A stretch of DNA of 37,372 nucleotides from a virus. Of this stretch, positions 32,590 through 37,372 are shown in pieces. Each line of letters starts with the position of its first letter. The stretch's first letter is position 1. The notes beneath the pieces were generated by a model that saw only the letters and a list, made by a program, of their open reading frames with translations, made no database searches and had not been told where the DNA came from. The DNA lies in IMG/VR virus record IMGVR_UViG_3300009040_000001. One strand, written 5' to 3'. The position numbers and the translations under genes were made by a program.

Positions 32590-32921
32590 CAGTTGAGCCC
32601 TCCCTTCGCAGGGGCAGACATGGCCTCGTCGATCGCTTCCATCTCGGCTTGTCGATCAAGAAAGCTGCGGAGGACGGCGTTCATATCGGCGCGATCTACC
32701 GTCGATGCATAGTTGTAGCGGGCGTTCCTACTGGCGCCCGGCTCTGTTTTTTCGAATACGAACATTGCGAATTCGCAATCAGGATAAACTTTTTTCAGGG
32801 TTTCCATTGTTGCGCGCATGATGTGCGCTGACTTATTACTCGCCGGTGCGTGTGATCCGGGAACCGAGTTCTCAGCGCTAGACGCGTCCCGCGCCCTGCG
32901 GCGCCTGTCAGCTTCGCCCAT
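32589..32921 (-). CDS. Hypothetical protein (110 aa; alternatively about 76 aa from an internal Met)
   Basis: ATG 32921 overlaps the xis stop (TGATG). Basic N-terminus, then a low-GC body (MRATMETLKKVYPDCEFAMFVFEK...). Confidence 0.45.
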   Translation of the reverse strand: MGEADRRRRARDASSAENSVPGSHAPASNKSAHIMRATMETLKKVYPDCEFAMFVFEKTEPGASRNARYNYASTVDRADMNAVLRSFLDRQAEMEAIDEAMSAPAKGGLN

Positions 32922-33202
32922 CAGACCATCCCTCCCGCGTAGCGCGCCTCGAGTGCCTGGCGCTGCTGCTCGATGGCGACGGCGCGGCGCGGCCGGCGCT
33001 CGCGGGGGAGGTCGCGCTCCGCGTCGGTGGTGTCGATCCACTCGTTGACGAGGTAGCGGGACCAGGCGTTGCCGTTGCCCGGCAGCGGCCGCGGGAAGCC
33101 GTGGTCGCGGTTCAGCCGGCGCCACTTGGCCGGCAGGGTGGCGAGCGAGCAGCCGAGCAGGGCGGCCACTTCCGAAGCGAGGTAGAGCGGTGACTGTTCC
33201 AT
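32921..33202 (-). CDS. xis: Excisionase/AlpA-like HTH protein
   Basis: 93 aa from ATG 33202 (SD AAGGGA). LYLASEVAALLGCSLATLPAKWRRLNRDHGFPRPLP...WSRYLVNEWI fits the MerR-type excisionase/AlpA pattern. First gene of the xis-int operon. Confidence 0.65.
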   Translation of the reverse strand: MEQSPLYLASEVAALLGCSLATLPAKWRRLNRDHGFPRPLPGNGNAWSRYLVNEWIDTTDAERDLPRERRPRRAVAIEQQRQALEARYAGGMV

Positions 33203-33271
33203 TGCGCATCCCTTGTTGAGGATGCGCAGATTATGCGCATGGATGCGCACGACGCGCAATGGTGCGCATCC
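33203..33271. promoter_or_regulatory. Operator cluster A (5 TGCGCA cores; two GGATGCGCA/TGCGCATCC inverted pairs) with a candidate xis-int promoter
   Basis: TGCGCATCC at 33203-33211 pairs with GGATGCGCA at 33220-33228. ATGCGCAT lies at 33233-33240. GGATGCGCA at 33241-33249 pairs with TGCGCATCC at 33263-33271. Minus-strand promoter candidate: TTGCGC (33259-33254), N18, CATAAT (33235-33230). Confidence 0.6.
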
Positions 33272-33274
33272 GCG

Positions 33275-33562
33275 TTAGTCGTCCGCGTCGACGATGTGCT
33301 CGATGGCGCGCGCGAAGCTATGGGGGTGCGCGAGAGACGCAAGGGCCGCGAGCACCGCCAGGGCGACAGCGGCCGCGTAAGGGCGTGCGCTCGGGGACCC
33401 TCTCTCAGGGATGAGGTAGGCCAAGCCAAAGAACGCCACGATTGCCGCTGCGGTGTAGAACACACCACCGCACAGCGTCGCGAGACCGTTGCCGATCCGC
33501 GGGAACATCATCCAGGCGAGCAGCCCCGCGCAGAGAAGCGCGAGCGGATACCAGCGGCTCAC
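33275..33562 (-). CDS. Small membrane protein (95 aa, about 3 TM) translationally coupled to the repressor gene
   Basis: GTG start overlaps the repressor stop (GTGA). Hydrophobic segments YPLALLCAGLLAWMMF, LATLCGGVFYTAAAIVAFFGLAYLI and AAAVALAVLAALASLA. Confidence 0.6.
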   Translation of the reverse strand: MSRWYPLALLCAGLLAWMMFPRIGNGLATLCGGVFYTAAAIVAFFGLAYLIPERGSPSARPYAAAVALAVLAALASLAHPHSFARAIEHIVDADD

Positions 33563-34191
33563 GCTGCGACGTCGAGGTTTCGGCGTGGGCGGATCGAAGC
33601 CGTGACGACACCCTTCACCACCACCACGTTGTCATCGACCACCAGGGGGCGGAGCACGGCCTGGTCCGTCGTCGAGGCGAGCAGGTAGGGCGGCTCGTAC
33701 AAGCGGAACACGGTCTGCGCTCTGCTGCGCACCCAGTCGTAGACCTGCGCGCACACGACGTCGTGAGCGCGCGGCCGCTCGTTAAGGTCGACGAGCATCA
33801 CGTCGCCCGGCAGGTAGCCAATGCTCAGCAGGGCGTTCGAGCGGAGCACCCAAGGGTCGACGCCATTGCGCATCTCGACGAGGCGCTCGACGGCGTGGCG
33901 TAGCAAAACGTCGCCGTCCGGCCGGGCGCGGTATGCCTCGGCCTCGGCCTCGGCCATCCCGTTGACCTTCGGCGTTCGATCCTCGGGCAGCTCGTAAGGG
34001 CGCACCTTCGCTAGCGCGGCGATCTGATCGATCGTCTCGGGCTGCAGGTTATGGGTCGCCCCTGGGTCGTTCAGGAAGCGGTTGATCGTGCTCGGGGCCC
34101 GCCCGATGGCGTGGGCTAGTTGGGTCGGCCTCATGCGCAGATGCGCAAGGACCGCCTTCACCCACTCTCGCGTGTCGTCTCTGCTCGGCAT
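33559..34191 (-). CDS. cI-like repressor: XRE-type HTH + S24 (LexA/CI)-like C-terminal domain
   Basis: 210 aa from ATG 34191 (weak SD; the track ORF extends to 34386 across the operators, which is unlikely). HTH MRPTQLAHAIGRAPSTINRFLN. The C-terminus LPGDVMLVDLNERPRAHDVVCAQV...VFRLY...VVVKGVV resembles the S24 core, but the usual G-D-S-M serine motif is not obvious. Confidence 0.75.
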   Translation of the reverse strand: MPSRDDTREWVKAVLAHLRMRPTQLAHAIGRAPSTINRFLNDPGATHNLQPETIDQIAALAKVRPYELPEDRTPKVNGMAEAEAEAYRARPDGDVLLRHAVERLVEMRNGVDPWVLRSNALLSIGYLPGDVMLVDLNERPRAHDVVCAQVYDWVRSRAQTVFRLYEPPYLLASTTDQAVLRPLVVDDNVVVVKGVVTASIRPRRNLDVAA

Positions 34192-34304
34192 GAGCAGAAC
34201 CGTACGGCCGTTGGATGCGCAATTCGCGAGCAAAACGCTCCCTTGACAATGCGCACCCGTGCGCATCTTGTGCGCATCTATCTGCGCATGGGACGAACGG
34301 TCAA
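34134..34304. promoter_or_regulatory. Operator cluster B (7 TGCGCA cores) with divergent promoter elements in the cI/cro intergenic region
   Basis: Cores at 34134, 34142 (both inside the cI 5' coding region), 34216 (GGATGCGCA 34213-34221), 34250, 34260, 34271 and 34283. + strand TTGACA at 34243-34248. Minus strand TTGACC (34304-34299), N17, ATAGAT (34281-34276). Confidence 0.6.
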
Positions 34305-34306
34305 GC

Positions 34307-34501
34307 ATGGCGAGTATCAAAGCGATCGACGAGGAAAGGCGTCGCCTCAACTTGTCCCAGCACGCTCTCTGCAGAGCGGCCGGCATTGCTCCGTCGACCT
34401 ACGTGCGCTTGAAGAAGGGACGTACCTCTGGGTTCGAGGCCACGTTCGAGAAGCTGCGCAACGCGCTGGCGATCGCTGCGCATCGTGAGGCGGCCGAGTG
34501 A
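34307..34501 (+). CDS. Cro-like small HTH regulator
   Basis: 64 aa. LSQHALCRAAGIAPSTYVRLKKG. Divergent from the cI-like gene. Confidence 0.65.
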   Translation: MASIKAIDEERRRLNLSQHALCRAAGIAPSTYVRLKKGRTSGFEATFEKLRNALAIAAHREAAE

Positions 34502-35115
34502 TGGTGCCCGGCGCAACGGCGTGCACATCGACGCGCACAGCCGGTGAAAAGCCTAGGCTTTCGTTAAGCGCGACGCTGGCCGAGGTCGACGGGCAACGGC
34601 TGTCGCTCGGCTTCTCGGTGGAAGCGCTTGCGGTCCGCGCCGGCGTCGCTCCAAGCGCCTACCGCCGCGCGATCAAGGGCCGAACGGGCATCCGCCCCAC
34701 AACCCTTCGCCGCCTCGAGGCCGCGCTCGCCGCGCTGCGCTCGGAGCGGCGGGCGGTGCGCGAGCCCGACACCATCCTGATCCGGGCGGTCTACGGCGGG
34801 TTCGTTGCCTCGATCGCCGTGCACATGGGCGTGCGCCCTGACGACGTACATGCGCAGGACCCGCGCCTGGGCGCGACGGCCGACCCGGAGTGGCGGCGCC
34901 TCGCGCAGGTGCGGCAGGCGGCGATCTACCTGACCAACACCGTGGTCGACGTGCGCCAGGCGCGCCTGGCCCACGTGCTCGGCCTGACCCCGGCGGCCGT
35001 CTGCCTCGGCCTGCGCAGCGTCGAGGACCGGCGAGACGATCCCGACTTCGACGCCCTGCTCGAGCGGCTGACCGCCGACGTGGTGTGCGCGCTGGCGCGC
35101 GGGGAGGCGGCATGA
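34501..35115 (+). CDS. HTH protein with DnaA domain-IV-like C-terminus
   Basis: ATG 34501 (TGATG junction; GTG 34498 also possible). N-terminal HTH FSVEALAVRAGVAPSAYRRAIKG. The C-terminus RQAAIYLTNTVVDVRQARLAHVLGLTPAAVCLGLRSVEDRRDDPDFDALLERL resembles the DnaA C-terminal DNA-binding domain. Confidence 0.6.
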   Translation: MVPGATACTSTRTAGEKPRLSLSATLAEVDGQRLSLGFSVEALAVRAGVAPSAYRRAIKGRTGIRPTTLRRLEAALAALRSERRAVREPDTILIRAVYGGFVASIAVHMGVRPDDVHAQDPRLGATADPEWRRLAQVRQAAIYLTNTVVDVRQARLAHVLGLTPAAVCLGLRSVEDRRDDPDFDALLERLTADVVCALARGEAA

Positions 35116-35366
35116 CCGCGGCCCGCGACGAGCTGCCCGCCGGGTTCGACCTGGCCGCCTACGTCGACCAGCTCGGCGTCGAGCGGGTCGTGCCCTGGCC
35201 CAAGCTGCCGCCCGGCATGGGCGCCCTGCTCATCGAAGGGCGGCCCGTCGTCGTCGGCCCGATCGAGCGGTTGCACGGCGAGGTCTACGCCTGGCGCGGC
35301 TGCAGCCTGGCGCTGCCGCAGGCCGAGCTGGCGTCCCTGAGCAAGCGGAGGGCGGCGCATGGCTAA
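35112..35366 (+). CDS. Hypothetical protein (84 aa)
   Basis: ATGA junction. No motif recognised. Confidence 0.5.
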   Translation: MTAARDELPAGFDLAAYVDQLGVERVVPWPKLPPGMGALLIEGRPVVVGPIERLHGEVYAWRGCSLALPQAELASLSKRRAAHG

Positions 35367-35736
35367 GGCGCCCGGCCTCACCCGAGAGCAGATCGACGCC
35401 GCCTGCGCGCTCGTCGAGGCAGGCGCCACCTTCACGGCAGCCGCGCAGCAACTCGGCGTCGGGTACGGCGTCGTCCGCTACCACATGCTGCGTCTCGGCA
35501 TTGCCAGCGGACGCACGCGGACCCAGGAGCGGGCGCTCTCGCGCACCGTGTGCTTCCGCGACGGCCGCCCGGTGTGGCGGTTCACACCGGCGGAAGACGC
35601 GCAGCTGCTCGCCCTCGAGGCGCAGGGCATCAGCGTCGCGGAGATCGCGCGCCGGATCGGGCGGCGCACAAGCAGCGTGTTCATGCGGCTGGCCACCCTG
35701 GCGCGGATCGAAGCCGCGCGGGAGGCGGCGTCTTGA
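35359..35736 (+). CDS. Double-HTH regulatory protein (second HTH is GcrA-N/sigma-r4-like)
   Basis: 125 aa. LTREQIDAACALVEAGATFTAAAQQLGVGYGVVRYHM and FTPAEDAQLLALEAQGISVAEIARRIGRRTSSVFMRL. Confidence 0.6.
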   Translation: MAKAPGLTREQIDAACALVEAGATFTAAAQQLGVGYGVVRYHMLRLGIASGRTRTQERALSRTVCFRDGRPVWRFTPAEDAQLLALEAQGISVAEIARRIGRRTSSVFMRLATLARIEAAREAAS

Positions 35737-36173
35737 TCGCCGTCGACGACTTCGACCCGATGACGTGGGCGGTGCCGGCGCCGGCGGCCTGCTACCTGCA
35801 CCTGAGCGACCGGTTCGACGTCTACGCGCTCGTCGACCCCGAGGACCATGCCTGGGCCTCGCGCCACCGCTGGTGCCACACCTACGGGTCGGGCTCGATC
35901 TGCGAGCGGTTCGAGGGCGTGTTCGTCATCGACCGGCCGGACGGGATGTACGCCCGCCGCTGCGTCGGCGGCCGGACCCTGTGGCTGCACCGGGAAATCC
36001 TGACGCGGCGCGACGGCCCGCCCGGCCGCGGCCGCTGGATCGGCGACCACCGCAACGGGAACACGCTGGACTGCCGGCGCCGCAACCTGCGCTGGGCCAC
36101 GCCCTCGCAGAACGCCCGCAACGTCCCCGGCTCCCGCACCCGCACGCGGTTTCTCAAGATGATGGAGGGCTGA
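35733..36173 (+). CDS. HNH endonuclease
   Basis: TTG 35733 (TTGA junction) or ATG 35760. LHREILTRR...GDHRNGNTLDCRRRNLRWATPSQNARN is a typical HNH_3 signature. Confidence 0.8.
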   Translation: MIAVDDFDPMTWAVPAPAACYLHLSDRFDVYALVDPEDHAWASRHRWCHTYGSGSICERFEGVFVIDRPDGMYARRCVGGRTLWLHREILTRRDGPPGRGRWIGDHRNGNTLDCRRRNLRWATPSQNARNVPGSRTRTRFLKMMEG

Positions 36174-36562
36174 TGGGCCAGCTTATCATTCGTCGCGGCA
36201 AGACGCTCGAGCAGATCGAGGCAGAGTTGCGCGACTTCGATCATCCAACAATCTACTACGCAGCTCATACGTGTTGGTGGACGCACAACCCAGCGCACCT
36301 TGCGCGCACGGGCAAGGAAGGTGACAGCATTCGCCTGCCTTGCGACCCAAGAGGGTCCGTTCTGTTTATGACGAGCGGCGAGCTTTCGTCGGCGCTCGGC
36401 TTCATCACTGCGGCTCGCAGCAATGCAGCGCACTATGGAAAGCATGGCCTTCGCGCATTTGTCGCGGCCCATCACGAAAGCAGCTTCGATAAAACGTCCG
36501 GTCTGCCTTGGTCGGAACGTCGGTGGTTGGCATACAACGACGCTCTCGACGCGATGCCATGA
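36173..36562 (+). CDS. Hypothetical protein (129 aa), lower GC
   Basis: TGATG junction upstream and ATGA junction downstream. No motif recognised. Confidence 0.55.
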   Translation: MGQLIIRRGKTLEQIEAELRDFDHPTIYYAAHTCWWTHNPAHLARTGKEGDSIRLPCDPRGSVLFMTSGELSSALGFITAARSNAAHYGKHGLRAFVAAHHESSFDKTSGLPWSERRWLAYNDALDAMP

Positions 36563-37372
36563 ACGCCCGCGTCCCCATGCACGTCATCAAGGGCGCCTTG
36601 CAGGGCCGCCTGAAAGAGCTCGTGCGCGTGCTCGTACCCGGCCTGACGCCGGCCGAGGCGCGGCAACTCGACGGCACGCGGGTGCAGCCGCGCAACCCGA
36701 CGCGGCCCGACCAGCACGGCGGCAGTTTCACGATCTGGATGCGGGGCCCGAACGCCGGCGCGTGGAAGGACTACGCGACCGGCGACAAGGGCGACGTCCT
36801 CGACCTCGTGGCCTACTGCAAGGGCGGCGGCCGCTCCGAGGCGGTGCGCTGGTCGCTCGACTGGCTCGGCCTCGGCCTGGTCGACACCGCCACCCTCGAG
36901 CGAATGCGCGCCAGCAGCGCGCGCAGGCGCATGACGGCCGAGGCCGAGGCGCGGGAGCGTGACGCCCGGATCGTGGCGCGGGGGCGCAACCTCTGGCGCC
37001 AGGCGCGGCCGGACATCCGGGGCACCGTCGCCGAGACGTACCTCGAGGCGCGCGGCGTGCCGCCTTCACAGATCCCCGGTTTCGAGTGGGGAGACGTGCG
37101 GTTCTTCCCCGACCTCGAGTGGTGGCGGGGGCGCAGCCACGACGGCGACGGCGTGGTGACGGAGGGGCCGCGCTTTCCCGCGATGGTGTGGGCGATCCGC
37201 GACCGCGAAGGCCGGATCGTCGCCGTGCACTGCACCTTCCTCCGGGCGGACGGCCTCAAGAAGGCGCATGTCGGCAACCCGAAGCTCATGCTCGGGCTCG
37301 TCGCCGGTGGCGTGATCCGGCTCACCCGCGGCCCGTCCGGCCTGCTGCCGGAGGATGCCGCCCTGCAGGGCG
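36559..37372 (+). CDS. Toprim-domain DNA primase-like protein, 5' part (gene continues across the circular junction to nt 419; 369 aa in total)
   Basis: ATG 36559 overlaps the upstream stop (ATGA). The frame stays open to the window end and is in frame with ORF 39..419 once 37250 is equated with 1 ((37288-36559)/3 is an integer). The N-terminus NPTRPDQHGGSFTIWMRGPNAGAWKDYATGDKGDVLDLVAY looks like a P4/TraC-type primase zinc-ribbon segment, but without cysteines. Confidence 0.8.
   Translation, partial: MNARVPMHVIKGALQGRLKELVRVLVPGLTPAEARQLDGTRVQPRNPTRPDQHGGSFTIWMRGPNAGAWKDYATGDKGDVLDLVAYCKGGGRSEAVRWSLDWLGLGLVDTATLERMRASSARRRMTAEAEARERDARIVARGRNLWRQARPDIRGTVAETYLEARGVPPSQIPGFEWGDVRFFPDLEWWRGRSHDGDGVVTEGPRFPAMVWAIRDREGRIVAVHCTFLRADGLKKAHVGNPKLMLGLVAGGVIRLTRGPSGLLPEDAALQG
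37250..37372. repeat. Terminal direct repeat, copy B (identical to 1-123)
   Basis: Same as copy A. Base 37249 is the last unique base. Confidence 0.97.

Larger units (their letters stand above)
1..37372. mobile_element. Complete temperate phage genome (podovirus-type virion module), circularly closed contig; unique length 37,249 bp
   Basis: Identical 123-nt ends. Contains terS/terL, portal, capsid, T7-like tail tube A/B, ejection proteins, tailspike, lysis genes, integrase, excisionase, cI/cro-like switch, primase and helicase. No host housekeeping genes. Confidence 0.85.

Overview
This window is a complete, circularly closed genome of a high-GC temperate podovirus-like phage. Nt 1-123 are identical to 37250-37372, so the unique length is 37,249 bp, and the junction falls inside one in-frame primase gene. 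Almost everything is on the + strand with overlapping stop/start codons (ATGA, TGATG, GTGA).

Gene order around the circle:
- Early/replication operon: cro-like HTH (34307), DnaA-domain-IV-like protein, small ORF, double-HTH protein, HNH endonuclease, small ORF, Toprim primase (36559 across the junction to 419), a 428-aa low-complexity protein, a P-loop helicase (1773-3641) and two small ORFs.
- A 560-nt non-coding region with a GGTTACA iteron field.
- Packaging and head: terS, a 283-nt structured gap, terL, a low-GC moron, a T7 gp8-like portal, scaffold, a fibre-like protein, the major capsid and a small paralog of the fibre N-terminus.
- Tail and ejection: T7 gp11-like and gp12-like tail tube proteins, then four ejection-type proteins.
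- An antisense Rha-like gene plus a lipoprotein gene.
- Tailspike and a lysis cassette.
- Terminator, probable attP, then the minus-strand lysogeny block: int, two ORFs, xis, a membrane protein and a cI-like repressor.

I found no tRNA, rRNA, CRISPR array, reverse transcriptase, RNA polymerase or DNA polymerase.

The features most worth a second look:
- Three unrelated short-motif systems: the GGTTACA iterons, a dispersed AGGGTCGCACG motif, and GATGCGCA operator arrays at two loci.
- The antisense Rha-like/lipoprotein island inside the late operon.
- A membrane protein translationally coupled to the repressor.
- A docking-domain paralogy flanking the capsid gene.
- A C-terminally membrane-anchored lysin.

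All family assignments come from reading the translations and from recalled reference sequences. No database search was run.
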